A stretch of DNA of 63,956 nucleotides, the filler included, from Gonapodya sp. JEL0774 (taxonomy: Eukaryota), in the NCBI GenBank assembly GCA_027604505.1. It is 4 parts of 4 records of this genome, joined end to end, with 100 filler letters (N's around TTAATTAATTAA, not from the genome) between each part and the next. Parts side by side here need not be neighbours in the genome. Positions count along the whole stretch, not along the records: positions 36,568 to 54,437 come from JADIIX010000265.1; 3 more parts are not named here. One strand, written 5' to 3'. Shown one piece after another: positions 38,990-52,953 of this stretch. The notes under the pieces were generated by a model, which was given only the letters and a program-made list of their open reading frames with translations, searched no databases and was not told the origin of the DNA. The first letter of the stretch is position 1. Each line of letters begins with the position of its first letter. Both the position numbers and the translations under genes were made by a program.

Positions 38990-41461
38990 TCATCGGTCAA
39001 AGTCATATTCGTCTCCCGTTTCGGGGTCTGACTGCAGATCATCGTCGGGTGCCTCGTCCGAGTCTCCTTCATCGTCACCAAACACCTGATCATAGTAATC
39101 ACCGCTGTCTTCTTCACCGGGCCACGCAGATGAACTCCCCGGCTCTCCCCCCTGCCATGAAGGCGTAGCTGCTGCCTTCTCGAGATCTTCCGCTGCTCGC
39201 AACGCTCTCGCATCCGGAAGTTCTTGTTCTGAGTGAAGGTGGTCTGAGTTCACATGATAGGGTTTGTCTTTAACCCTCCTGTACCCATGCTTTTTGGCAT
39301 TTCGCCTTTTCCGCACTCGATGTTCAAGATCCACATTGATGGGCTCTTCGACGTCTGACTCGTCAGGATCTAACGCTGCGGTAGCGTCTGCGGGTAAAGT
39401 GCGGTCAGGAGCACCCGTGGCTTGAATGACTTTACTCTTGAGGGTTTGTCGGATGCGGTCAAAGTGTGTATCCAAGTACCATCCGTTCTGTTGGAATCAA
39501 CGACCATGAGATGATGTAGTGCACAGTTGCTTGGAATAAACAATCGATACACCATACTCACATCACAGAACGGCTTCACTTTTGTATCATCTATCACTAA
39601 CGACCGAAGCCCCTCCTCCTCCAAGTCGCACAACTGAAAAGTTGCTGTTCCTATCTTCCCGTCTCTTGTTGTCCCGTCAAAAATATGATCCCTCAGCGGT
39701 TTCAAAGGTTGATCTTCTGCATCAACGTCGACGGGAATGACAGATCCTTCTCTGTTTGATCCATGCTGAACAACACCTACAAATCGTGCGCCACGAATGC
39801 GTCCCATAAGGCTCGTTGCTGCCGCGCCGAGTCTGAGCTCAACGGTCTGCCAGACCCGTGCTTCTCTGTGCTGCCTCGGGTCGTAACCGTAACGTACCCA
39901 GCAACCATTCCAGGGTCCAGTTTGCATGTAATACGCAACAATGGGCAGCAGAATCTTGAGTTTTCGGCGGTGATCTTCTTTAGGCTTCCAGGAAGTGGCG
40001 GGGTAATCCACAGGAGGAACGGTGCCGAGCAGACTGCGAACGACCATGCGGGTGCACACAGGACGAACATCGAAGACAGCTCGTATAGAGCGCAGTGCCT
40101 CCGGAGGGACTTCGACACGGTTTGCACGAGCGACCTGTAACAATTTTTCGGGGGGTGCATCAGGAACTTCCCCAAGTGGCGAGGTCGGATCGAAACTTCG
40201 TGCGTTGATTCGAGGGGGGAGGGCTTTGTTGACGAGGCGGACTTCCTTTGTCTAGTTTATGAGTGCAGCAATGAGAAGCTGTATGGCGTCACTTGAACCA
40301 AGATCTGGTGTCTGAGACCCACCCCATCTTCTTTGATAACCTCCTTCATTTGTGCGGCACCTGAGTGCTTGTACCCGTATGGGAGTGGCACTTTGGTCCA
40401 TGAAAATATGGGCGGGGGATACTGGCGGAGCACTTCAGCTGGGTTTATTGGGAGATCTCCATGAGCCTCTCCCGGAGGCCAAGGCTCGGGAGGACTGGGA
40501 CGACCAGGTATAACAGGGGAGACATTTGTTGGATAGGACGAGGCAAAATGCATGTTGAGGGAGTCAGACAAATTCCCGAGGCTCTCAATGGATACAACTG
40601 TATAATTGTGAATAGTCCTTCAGTAAGATAACCCGGTCGAATTATGGGAGCAGGGACATCCTCCTTACCATCTAAATTCCGCATTGCTTTGTTTAAGGCG
40701 GCGATGTTCCAACCGAGATCAGGCGAGTACTGGAAATCAGCCATCTCTTAGTTTGTCGGGAAATACCTTGATCATAAGAATTTGGGCCATTGCGGAAGGC
40801 ACACAACAGGATTACCTCGAAATCGCACTGTCCGAGGAACGAAGCTAACGATTCTAGATGATGTCACCCAAGGATTCCGTTCCTCTGATTTGTCTCCCAT
40901 ATTTTGCGCGACATGCACTTCCCTAGCTCTCCGCTTCCTCCTCTTTCGCTTTACTTCGACCAGAAGAGTGCAAGTGTCTCGGAAATCTCCGTTAATGGGA
41001 TGGCAGAATGGGTCTTGAGGGCGAAATCGGAGCTCCAAGGAAGGTTGAATTGCCGGTTGTGCGTTTGGCGTAACATTTGGTGACTTTTTGTTTGGCAGCA
41101 ACTTTGGATAAGTCGCCACGATGTCTGCTACTAGTTGCTGCACGCCCAAATTACAATTGTCCCGGCAATGAAAATGAACAGTTGAGTGGAAGTGCCTGAC
41201 GTCCATGTAGAACGATACATCCCAAGTACCCACCTTTGAGATACTCCCGATTCCACCCAAGGTCTCCAGGGCCCGATCCATACTTTGAACCTTCGCAGGG
41301 TATTCAATATCGTACAGCGGTAATGGGCCACCGGGGGGACGGTGATGGGGAGTTGGTGGTGAATCCGGTATCTGGTCTGAAGCCGGAATTGTCCACACGG
41401 GGAAAGGAAAGGTTGGGGCCGCTTTTACATCGTCTCCTGACAAAGAGACGGGATTGGACAT
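38990..41461 (-). CDS. TFC1: RNA polymerase III transcription factor TFIIIC subunit Tau95 (GTF3C5-like), spliced
   Basis: IEYPAKV..ALETLGG, LELRFRPQDPFCHPI, RFR|MADFQY, GPWNGCWVRYGYDPR, acidic tail. Confidence 0.88.
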
Positions 41462-41770
41462 TGTTTCATGGATTTCACTCCTGAGTTGCAAAGTCCAAAT
41501 GTCGTATTTTTGGTGTAACTTGCGTAATCGTGCTTCACCCAAAGCTATTAAAGTTTCCGACGTGACTTATGTAAGCAAAGTCTTTAAGATTGCAAGCAGA
41601 TACCACTATCTCTGGAATTTTGAAAGCGCTCGACGCTCAATGTGCTTACGTAACGTAGAATCTTGATCCTCAATCTAACTTCATGCATGGTTCCCTGTCA
41701 ATTCCATTGACTCATCGAACAACTTAGTTTTCTCTGCCCGTAAGCTTGAGCTCCATTTAAATGTAGCGAC

Positions 41771-44290
41771 CTAGAAACCAACAGCCATTCCGTCCCCCCT
41801 CAAATCGCTTCCACCTATCAACACTCTCTGCCCTGTCCGCTTGTCGGTATGAGTTTCAATGACTTGTCCTCGGCCCATTGTCTGTGGAGATATTTAGCAC
41901 TTGTTAGATCTGTGGCCTCCATACACTAGCTCCCACCACAGGGCGTTTCTTTGCAAAAGAGGGACACTCACCCCCCTTTCCCATCCCTTTTGAACAACAA
42001 CAACATGCCCCATCTTCCTCAGTTGCTCTATCGCTCTCATATCCATGCTTTCGTCAACATAAACGGGATAGTCAGGAACCTCGGTGGGATCCAAGCAGAA
42101 CCGTGGAACGTCGAGAGCAGTTTGCGGGTCCATTCCACGCAGAAGGTTCAAGAGCACTTGCACATGGCCCTGCGGCTGGTTGAAACCGCCTGCCAGAAAA
42201 TGTGCGGGAAGATAAAGCAAATTTGCGGCGTCAAGGGGTGCCGTTCTCGGACGGGTGCATTGGTTAGAAAGAACCTACCCATCACACCGTAGCTGAGCCA
42301 CAAATCCCCGGTTGCCTCCCAAGTGGCCATAGCCGGGATAATGGTATGATCTGCGGTGTTGTAACATTTCGAGGTCACCCCAATATTCCCTCTGCAATTC
42401 CGTCGCTTTCAGCGCTTACATGGTCTCTTGCCTCCTTCGAGCACATTGACATGTCCTGCCTCAAGTGAAAAGTTGGCTCCACGGTTCTGGAGGATGATAC
42501 CTGTGTTAGGCACGACGATTCCCTGAGGATATATTACATTGGTGGTGGTTCGTGACGAAATAGTCAGAAAGTGCCGAAAACGTCCATACTGCTATCCTTT
42601 CACTTACGCTGCCGAATCCCATGTATGTGGAATTAATGAAGCTACAGGCGTTCCCCTCAGCATCTACCACAGAAAAGTACACGGTGTCTGACCCTTTTCC
42701 GAATCCCTGCATACCCGCTTTGACATCCTTATTACACCTTTCCTTATCAAAAATTTCGCAACGCTTGGCGATGTACTCGTCCGACAGAAGCTCCTCGACG
42801 GGAACATTTGAAAACGCTGGATCGGCAATGTGAGTCCGCGCATCGGCAAACGCCATTCGAAGGGATTCGATGAGGGCGTGGAGGTAGACGGGGTCGTTGG
42901 GTGCGAGGCTTGAGAGTGATGGAACACGGCCAGATGATTGGAGGTGATGGAGGATGCGGAGCGCGATGAGAGCAGTGAGTCTTGTTGGTGATCAGTCAAA
43001 TTGTTCAGGAGGAAAATGATATCACGCCAGTACACAGTGAGATCACGATCAAAGAACAACAAAGATATTCATTTCTCACCCTTGTCCGTTTGGTGCGTGT
43101 TCCCATAATCGCACTCCCTCATACACAGTGGAAATCGGCTCAGTCAAGGTGCTCTCGTGCCCCTTCAAGTCCTCTTCAGTCATAACTCCTCCTGCCTTCT
43201 TCACCGTATCCAGAATTGCCGCGGCGATTCGTCCTTCGTAAAATCCCCTTTTCCCCTGCTCGACGAGAGTACGGAATGTGCTTGCCAACGTTGGAATCGC
43301 CATGATTTCTCCGGGGTGAGGACCACGGAAACCGGTTTTAGAGCGACTGTCCGCGATGAGATACTCGTGTGGAGCTGAATAGGATGTCGAATGGCTCGTG
43401 AGCCGGTCTGCCGTACGCGACCACTATCGAGATATCGAAGGAGATTCGTCAGTGATTAAAGAAATCCAATTGTGAATAAAAAAAGCTACCGTGAAGTTCA
43501 GTCGTGAGACCAGAGAGCCTGATAAACTCACCATAAACGACGCAATAGGTTCGACTGGGAATCCATTCTCTGCAAGATCGATGGCAGGGGAAAGAATGTC
43601 GTGTATTGTGAGCTTGCCGCTGCCAAAATGAGTGATCGCATCAATCCATCCAGCTGCTGCACCAGGGACTGAACAGACGCAAAAGAGTTCAGACGAAAAT
43701 ATTGTAATTTAATGGCATGAATCTCACCGGTCACGGCATTAACGTTGGTTTCGGGGATGGTCGCTTCAGGTTCGCCAGTCACCCACCCTTGCGCCTTTGC
43801 AAAATCCAAATTGAGAGCTTTAGGACTTCTCCCACTCCCGTTAAGAGCCTTCACTTTTTTGGACTTTGCGTCGTAAAAGAGCACGAACAAGTCACCACCG
43901 ATGCCAGTTGAAGTTGGTTCCGTGACCGTTAAACAAGCGGCAACGGCAACAGCGGCATCTACCGCGTTTCCACCCTTCTTGAGTATGTCATAGCCTGCAG
44001 TTGCGGCGAGTGGTTGGCTGCAGGCGACCTGGGATGGTTGCAAGACATCGGAATCAGAAACGAGAACTCCCCGAGAATGCCCCATCACGGTCTCGAAACG
44101 AATGAATTCAAGAGCAAAAACACACCATCGCGTGTCTAGCCATCACAGGACTTCTCCTAGCCATCGTATTGTAGGTGTATACTCTGGGAATTTCCTTAGA
44201 GGAAGTGGCATTGGAAACTTTGTGATCATCTTTGTGGGGGTGTGTGAGCTGAGAAGGGAACGGATGTCCGTGCTCGGAAGAGATCGGCAT
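41771..44290 (-). CDS. Gamma-glutamyltranspeptidase family protein, spliced
   Basis: [30 protein letters not shown], catalytic [32 protein letters not shown]. Confidence 0.93.
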
Positions 44291-44694
44291 TTTGATTGAA
44301 GAAAAAAGGAAGTCGGGTCTCAGTATGTAAATAACGCGATTCGTTTCGCCCAGCTCGGCGAGCTGTTGAGGGTATCGAACACCCAGAACACGGCCCGCCA
44401 AATCGGGCGTCCTCAGGTACTAAACAATTGAATCTGATGAGAGAAACTATTCCTCCACATTCTGATGGTGCGAGACATGCAAACTTCACTGGAGAACTAC
44501 TCTATGCTGGATTGGGAGAATTCCCCGCTGAGAACAGACCCCACTTCTTGAAATTTGCTTTTTGATCCCCAGTCGTAAGTTTAAGTAGGACTTACAATTC
44601 AGACTGAACAGTTTCCCCTGTTTGTACATGGAGTTTCAAGTAATCTTTTCAGTGGTGGGCCAGTCAGATACTCTACATACTAAACGTCACCATC

Positions 44695-46156
44695 ATGGCA
44701 CCAGAAAGCTTTCCGCGCTCCATCCGCACAGTTTCTCCCCCTTTTCCCTCCCTGGCACACGTCCGGAATATTGTTCTGATCCTCTCGGGGAAGGGTGGTG
44801 TGGGAAAATCGTCTGTGACCGCCCAACTTGCCTTGTCTCTCGCTCAAAAGCACGGCAAGCGTGTCGCCGTAGTGGACATAGACTTGACGGGACCTTCGGC
44901 ACCGAGGATGTTTGGCCTATCGGGGAAGCAAGTGAAACAGAGTCGAGCTGGCTGGGTACCCCCGTATGCAGACGAGGAAGCGAGAAATCTGGCGGTGATG
45001 AGCATGCAGTTCTTGCTGCCAAATGAAGACGATCCGGTGGTGTGGAGGGGACCGAAGAAAAACGGTGAGTGATGGTCGTGCTGTTTTGTAATCNNNNNNN
45101 NNNCATGGTAACCACGATAGGAGACCATATTTCCATCGTTAATCTGCCAATCCGACCTATATCAACCCATCAATATATACGAACATACGGGAATACTGTC
45201 CCTGGACTCAGCAATGATCCAACAGTTCCTCAAAGATGTTGTATGGGGCCCCTTGGACTATCTTCTAATCGACACACCCCCGGGCACCTCAGACGAGCAC
45301 ATCTCCGTCGTCGAATACCTTCTCCGCGCAACCCAAACTGCTCTCAATAAAGAGGCCGACGGCGACGCCGAGGGCCTACCAAAACCGAAACACAACGGTC
45401 CAGTCGTGACGAGTGTGCTGGTGACGACACCACAGCAGGTGGCAGTAGCGGATGTGAGAAAGGAAGTCAAGTTTGCAAGGACAGTAGGCGTGCCTGTGTG
45501 TGGCGTGATAGAGAATATGAGCGGGTTTGTTTGCCCGTGCTGTGGGGTGAGTATGGAGAATGCTGAAGGGAGGTTGGCAAAACCCACCTTATGGTGGGAT
45601 CACACAGCTTCAGAGTTCGACAACGGGAGAAGGAAGGAGCCGTCGGTTCGTAATCCTGAACTATTACATTCTAGGCGTGCTAGAAACCTGAGACTGCAAA
45701 TGAGAGAGTGGAAAGGATACTTCGACTCATGAAAGCCATTGTCATCATTTCATCCGAGTTTATTGATTTGTACTGAATCACCCTTCCCCTTTTGCGTCTG
45801 CCGTTAAGGACGTAACGCCACTCTTTTCATCTGGCGGAGGCCAGGCTCTTGCAAAAGAATATGACCTCGAGTTTCTCGGATCTGTCCCTGTAGACCCCAC
45901 TTTGGTATCTAATATGGAGACCACATCGTCGTCTTCCTCTCCAGCTGCAGCGGAAGGTGGAGAAGACTCGGAAGTACTAAACCAGGAAGAATCAGCGGAC
46001 GCGGAAGGAGTGGAGGCAGAGAGAGAACAATCATTTGTGACCAGGTTCCCCAAATCTGCTCTGTACGAAGTGTTTGGTAGCATTGCAGAGAAGGTGATTG
46101 AAGCTGTGGGTGATAAGGGAGGATCATCGGTACTCACTGCAAGAGGAGGCAAGTGA
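44695..46156 (+). CDS. CFD1: Cytosolic Fe-S cluster assembly factor Cfd1/NUBP2, spliced
   Basis: [47 protein letters not shown]; lacks the N-terminal Cys cluster of Nbp35. Confidence 0.92.
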
Positions 46157-46510
46157 TGAGGTCCGAAAATTAGAGCAGGACCCCATGCATTTTATTTGGG
46201 CGAGTACAAGAGAGTTGAGCAATTCAGTTGATGTATAAAAGTTTCGTTGCGAGAGCGCTCGCTTGCGATCCACCCGTTGGATTGACACGCAGCATCTCAA
46301 CTTCATCGGCGAATTTGGGAATCACCCACCAATTGCGACCTTACCACACAATACTCTGACCACATTCTGCAGTATATTTAGAACCGTGGACGGTTACAGC
46401 CTCACTAGTTTCCCTCGGGGAGTTGGCAAAAGGTGAGACGGTGGCGTAGCCATAAGTTCATGAGGTCAGACGAAGGGAAACAAAAATCCAAAATCAATCT
46501 TTCAACCGAA

Positions 46511-48360
46511 ATGACCGCACTCGTCGAGAACACAGCCTTCCTAGAGCGTCTCCTCTCTGACCGCTCTCCGCAGATGCACTCGTCCGACCGCCTTCCTTCG
46601 TCCCCGTCCGAGCTGCATCTCCAACGCATTCTCCAGGGTGCTGGTCTCGACTCCTACGGCACCGCGCCCGCTTCTCCGCCACCGGCAAGCTCGTCTAGTG
46701 GACAGCAAACCCCACCAGATGGGTACAAAGGGTCGTATCCGGTCCACCAGGGGTCGCCGTTTGGGATGAGGTTCGGAGACGGCTCGTCGGATCAACAGGC
46801 TATGGCACATCTGGAACAGCGAATGGCGGGTCTGGATATGGACGCTGTAAGAGACGAAGAAGAGATGATTGTGAGGATGCAGAGAGACGAGATGATGAGG
46901 CGGGACGGTGAGTTGTTGGGTGGCCATCCTTCCGGAAAGATTTGGGTTTGTGGACGCGCGAGTTAATTTGACAACGGTTGGAGAGTACTCAGTCACCAAA
47001 GACAACGCTCAGCGAACAGACAATTGAACTCCATCGTGGTCTCTTATATGCTTTGTAGAACAGATGGTCTCCAGGGATGGATATGATTTCCCCGCCGTCG
47101 GACCCTGCCTTGACGTGGCCGGAACCAGTTCGCGGAAATTTATGACCGAGGATCGAAACATATTTCAGATTTATTCTACACACACAGGGTGAATTGAGAT
47201 GCATACCCGCCACCGCAGATGATTGTTGTCCGCGATGTCATTTTTCGGTGTTTTGCCGTTTCACCGTGCACCGCTTTTTCTGACACACTCTCCCACAACG
47301 ACCGTATTCCACACATTTCGACACACCTTTTACTCGTAAAGCACAATTACGATCATTCAGTAACAATGCCCTTCGAAACCTGCCTTCTCACGAGGCCTTT
47401 GCCATTCTTCAATCCGACGCCTTCTCTACCGCTCAACTCGGCCTCGACATGCGCCAGCTGTCCGCTCTTTCTCAAAGTCGCTCGTCCTACCCACCCGCAT
47501 TCGCAGACTCGGAATCTCAGGGTGGAATGACATCGCACAATGGCCAAGGGCAAACGTTTTCCAGGCGATCCGCTTTCTTTCACCGGGACTTGCCCAACGT
47601 GACGCCACCAGATGGCTATGTGTGCAAGCTTTGCTTTGTGCCAGGGCACTTTATGAAACACTGTGCATTGTACAGGGAGAGACCACGATTTGAGCCTCGC
47701 GAACAAGCATTTAGGAAGGGGGGACCATACACTGCTGATGTGCCACCTGAAAACTACTTGTGCAAGGTGATTTTAGCTTCCCATTCGCTCTTGGCATTCT
47801 CATGTTATAACCCTGTGTGTTGTATCCATCAACATCTCAGTTGTGCTTCATCCCCGGCCACTTCATGAAGAACTGCTCATTGTACAAAGAGCGTACCCCC
47901 GCTCCTTTCTCCTCCAATGGGCAGGCCCTCAACAACAACACCAATGGGTACCACAAAGACGGTGCGATCTCTGTGAACGGTGGAGGTAGCCCACCTCCTG
48001 GTCTTTACTCGCCCGCGATTCAGAGGGCAGCCCACCTGCGCGCAGTGGGAATGCAGATGCATTCGAATCCAGTGAGGAAATCGTTCACCACTGTGCCCCC
48101 CGACGGCTATGTTTGCAAAATTTGCACAGTCCCTGGTCACTGGTGAGTGGTTTGAGATCACCACGCATCGCGCACTGGCAGGGGTTTAACCTTCGATTAT
48201 TGTAAATCGCTGCTTCCAACTTTACAGGATCCAGCAGTGCCCAATCCGCAACATGCAGTCTGCTCCCACTCAGCAGCAGAACATCATGGGAGGAGCTTAC
48301 GGGTACGGCACCAACGGCTTTCAGCAACAATACGATGGTCAATGGGATCGTGGATACTAG
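46511..48360 (+). CDS. Protein with three PPxxYxCxxCxxPGHxxxxC zinc knuckles, spliced
   Basis: PPDGYVCKLCFVPGHFMKHC, PPENYLCK|LCFIPGHFMKNC, PPDGYVCKICTVPGHW|IQQC; stop TAG at 48358-48360. Confidence 0.8.
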
Positions 48361-48839
48361 TAACGCTCATGCACATCATTATTTTTATCGCACTGGGGGA
48401 TTTTTTGACGGGAGATTCATCTGGTATTTGACGGTGGTATGTAGTCGACGGGATTGAGTGGCAATAATGGTCATCTGGATACGCACGATTCAAGCGCATG
48501 CACCTTTTTTATTGTGGGTGCTTTATGCGGACTGGTGGAAAAAGCGGATCATTCTGTGTTTGAGAGGGGAGAGGATATGTTTACTGAATCAGCTATTATA
48601 TTTGAATGTGTCTCGATTCCACAGTCCATCTTGTCTAGCTGTTAGTTTTCTTCTTGTCTTCTGGGGTAGTGTTTAGAAGTGTATCGCATTTGCAAATCAA
48701 AGAGATATTCTATCTTTATGCACATGGTTCAATTGTTCTATTTCTACTACAGCTGGTTCCAGAGACGGAGTGCATACGTGGAAACTTGTACCAGTGACGA
48801 TGAGTTGGATGCAGTGGTGATGTTCCCCAAGCACCTCGG

Positions 48840-50812
48840 CTATGATGGACTTTCCCGGAATATGTGGTTCGCCAAGTCCCCGCCATCACGCTTCACCTGG
48901 TCGATCCACCTCCTCACGTCTCTCGCCCCATCCTCCATTATCGCCGCCAGCTCTTCCCTGTTTCTTGGGGGGAACAGCCTGTAGATTCCAGGATACCGGG
49001 GCAGGGATTCTGGTGGGGAAATGTCCGCCTCACCAGAATATGGAGACACGGTCAGAGTACGAGCGTCGAGCATGGGTTGGTGGCCAGACGGAGAAAAGCA
49101 GCCATCGATGAAGAGGCGACCCTGCATGAGACGGGGTGGTCTTTCGTGCTACATACAAGTTGGGGTTGGTGGTCATATTGTGGTGTTTGTGAGCCGCAGC
49201 GATGCCTGAAAACGCCGATTTAAAAGAGAGAATCAACGTACGTAAATGGGTATGTACGAGGAGGCGTGGATCACGTTAATAAGGTGATCGTTAGATTCGA
49301 ACTGGGATACCTGGGAATGTGCAGATGACAACATCGGTCGTTATGATGGCCGTCTTCCTGTAGCTCCAAATCGTGTGCTTGGGATATTCTCACTCACTAA
49401 GACGTTGCTCATGTCCGGGAACGACGTTAGACTGAGGAACAACCTCCCTGAGAGCTCCTCGTAAGCCTTCTTTCCATTGGAACTTCGGCCTTCCCATTCC
49501 TCCAGAACACTCTTGAGGTCTGCCGTTAGGACTTTGGTGACTCTCCCTACTGGCCCCGCAAATCCATTGGTACGCCGGTGCTCAAGAAAATTGAAATAGT
49601 ATTCCTGAATGCGGTCGGTGGGTAGGTCGAGGGCGCAAAAGAGTGCAATTATCGAGCCAGTGGAGGACCCGAGGTAGGGAATGGCGGAGAGTGTTTTGGA
49701 GGAGAGGTGATTGCGGAGGGCTGCAACGACTCCTGGGATGAGTGGGACAATTGCATCAGCTCATCAGACTTAGTCATACTCTATACTTTTCACGCCCGGC
49801 AGTCAGTCTCGGGTCTTACCAATGTGGTAAATTTTAAGCCACCCACAGCCACAAAACCCGACTGAAAACGGATGGGGAGACACTGGTAATTGGGCCGTGT
49901 CTTGTATGCTCGAGAGGGAGGCCTGTACCGGTTTAATCACTGTTGATACTGATCCTCGACCGTGGTCCGAAATTACTCTTCGGAGTGTTGGGCCTCCTAG
50001 CGAGCCCGCCATCATTCTCATATTGCCTACGTATGTTCGATGAGGGAGCTCAAAAGCTTTGCGGTATAAGACTTTGAGTCGGGGGTGATTCTCCAACAAG
50101 GCGAGGAGAGCAGTGAGGTATCGATCTTCGGGCAATTATCTCCACGTGAGACTCTGTCCGCCCAGACAGAAGAGTTTGCGCATGGTATCAACGAACCTCG
50201 TCTTGAGTACCAATGGCTAGGGTGACCCCGTCGAGTCTGGGGAAAGAGGGCTTCCTGCAGGGCCGTTAGCCCTTCGAACGCCAACGCCATTCCATTCGTC
50301 AGCTTCGAAGCCATGAGAAGACTTAGTGAAGCGAGTCTGCATTGGATACTCTGAAACAGGCCCGTTGGTAAAGAGGTTGTGGTCGAAGGTCTAAGTCTTC
50401 GTTTCGAGTATTGAGAGACGGAGCGGACATAGAGTCGGAAAAGCTCAGAGCCATTAATCACAGAACTAGTATTCCATTTCCCATTTCTCCAGGTGACGAT
50501 GTCGCGCGAATGTTCACAATTTGTGCACTTTTCTGCCGATAACCGCGGCAGTGACGTCGGCGACCAGGAGCCGGGAATGCATCCACGAGCCAGATGTGCA
50601 CGAGACCACACTCTACGCTTGATAAACAGTGTGCCCATATGGCCAATCAACAGTTTCCAAGAATCTCTTGGTCGAGCTTGCGGATCTGAAACTGTGCCAC
50701 ACTGGCCGAGACCGGGAGCTCCCAACGTGGGGCACGTGCGATCAACGCGAAGGGTGGTACTGGAGAATAAGGAACCATTCCTACATCTGGTCGTGAAGTA
50801 TTTCCATGTCAT
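48840..50812 (-). CDS. Patatin-like phospholipase, spliced (5' end uncertain)
   Basis: GFCGCGWLKIYHIG oxyanion region, GSSTG nucleophile elbow, FIDGCFS. Confidence 0.8.
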
Positions 50813-51838
50813 GCCCATCTGCGTTCATGTTTGCCGGGTGAGAATGCCGATTGCGACGGATCACTTCCAGTGGCATGCGCAGTACAGTTGAGATGACAAC
50901 GTTTTGCGCTCGACAGGCGATGGCATTTGGGCCGAGATCAAGCAGATTTGATGGATAGTGTTTTGAAAGCTCAGGGTGAGATGCTTTCTCGTCCCGGATT
51001 GAAGGAACCTCTCAGCTGTGATGTTGCATCAGGTGTGGGATGGTTCCACCGAGAGCTCCTCCTCCGCGCTCCCACCCCGACGCTTGAAGTTTCAGTCAGC
51101 CGGTCTGATGACATTCAAGTCGATACATTGACTCTCACACAACGGAGTACGTCGAATGCAATTCCCAGTTGAGGGCTCTTGACATGGTCATGTCGTACTT
51201 CAACAGCACCTATGCTCCAACCATACACCAACAGATTTGCAGTGGATGGGAAACCAAGTCTTATAGTAGACCGACTCTATGGACCACTTACTGTGACGTT
51301 TTCATGGTTTAATGGGCGGCTGGTGCAGGTGAGAATCGGATCATCCAAATGAATTATTACGTATCGTCACACGGTACTTTGCAGAGAACAGAATCGGAAA
51401 ATCCTCCGTGGAGAAATGTTGCAACATGGTCGATAGAAGATGGTGGGACGAAGTACGTGCGAATGAATGAGTTTACGGTGAGTTCCGCAAGTCCTCGTCC
51501 GCGTGTAAACGCCGGCGCCAAGAAGTTCCAACCCCACCCAGTCCCCTAACTTCACCACCACCTTCAAAATGATTTATACTCGCCATAGCGAAGCAGTTGC
51601 CATGGCAAAGCGACCTCCAGTGCTCGCGGCGCATTCGCCACCACTTGAAATAGGCGCCTAACATGTAGGAGTGCCTATCGGATGTGGTAAATCTCTGGAG
51701 TTCCTTGACTCATCTTGAATTAGCATTTAATCATTGCGATTGGGTCGTATTGCGAGCCAAACTATACAGTCTCATTATCAGTTATCGAATTTTTCGGTGC
51801 ACGTGTAATAAAAGTGATCAAATCTGAATCGAATGGTA

Positions 51839-52483
51839 TCACATGGTGAACCCCAGCTCTGCGAGTCTTGTCCTAATACCCTCCACAATTAAGCTATGCT
51901 CTGTTTGGTGAATTCGAGTCTGCAAGTCCTCGAGTGTGTCTGTTTCTTCAATCGGCACCTCCCGCTTGCAAATGACTTCGCCTCTGTCCACTTCAGGGAC
52001 GACACGGTGGATCATGACACCAGTCCGGGTGATCTTGCCTTCCTTGTACGCCGCGTACGCTCTTTCGATCGCCTCAGCGCCGTCGAATTCTCCGGGGAGC
52101 GCGGGGTGGAGGTTCAACACGATTCCCTCCGCGAAGTGCGCTAGGAATCGAGGGGACAGGATATGCATCCACCCTGCGAGCATAATCAAATCCGGTTTGT
52201 GCTCTGTGGCGATGCGTCTCCCCAGATCGTCGTCGAAATCCTCCCGGGTCTTTCCAGCGTCTTTGAAAGCCTTGAGCGAGGTCACCAGGGTCGGTATACC
52301 GGCCTTGCGAGCACGCTCGAGGCCATATGCTTTGGAGCGATTTGAGATGACGAGAATGATTTCAGCAGGCAGCTTTGGAGGGGATGAATCGGTGCAAGAA
52401 GTTGCATCGATGATTGCCTGCAAGTTTGAACCGTTTCCAGAAATGAGAACCGCGATTCGAGGTTTTCGCGTGGGGGCAGCCAT
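51839..52483 (-). CDS. ADE8: Phosphoribosylglycinamide formyltransferase
   Basis: VLISGNGSNLQA, LAGWMHILS, NLHPALPG, GVMIHRV..EVDRG; intronless. Confidence 0.95.
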   Translation of the reverse strand: MAAPTRKPRIAVLISGNGSNLQAIIDATSCTDSSPPKLPAEIILVISNRSKAYGLERARKAGIPTLVTSLKAFKDAGKTREDFDDDLGRRIATEHKPDLIMLAGWMHILSPRFLAHFAEGIVLNLHPALPGEFDGAEAIERAYAAYKEGKITRTGVMIHRVVPEVDRGEVICKREVPIEETDTLEDLQTRIHQTEHSLIVEGIRTRLAELGFTM

Positions 52484-52953
52484 ATGGATATAGGTGATGA
52501 GTATTAGGGATGTGAATGAGATGGAGGGAAGGAAGTGACGGGAAAGAGGAGAAGTTTTGTGACCACAGCCGATCCATAATACAAAGAAATATTGCACATC
52601 GTCCGTTCGTTTTGCGAACGCTGTTTCAACGATATCACGTATTGAATTATGTAGTCGGACAACTTAAAAGAAAAGATGGTTGAGTCAAGTCTTGTAGGCC
52701 ACTGGCACGGCCGAGCGCCAGACTCCGCTGCAGGCATCCAATTACCCTTGGAAAACTGTGAACATCTTACTCTCCTATCACAGATTGGTTTTGTATGAAG
52801 TTCTGTATCCTGTGGTGTGGACTGAGTGAGGGTGCTGCATGGTGCTCACGGCAGATCATTCCCGCTTGCTGCCACCTTCCCAACACCAATCCCATCACTC
52901 CCCTGTCGAATATGTCGCGATACGACGTCCGAGGAAAGGTGAGAATTTGGGAG

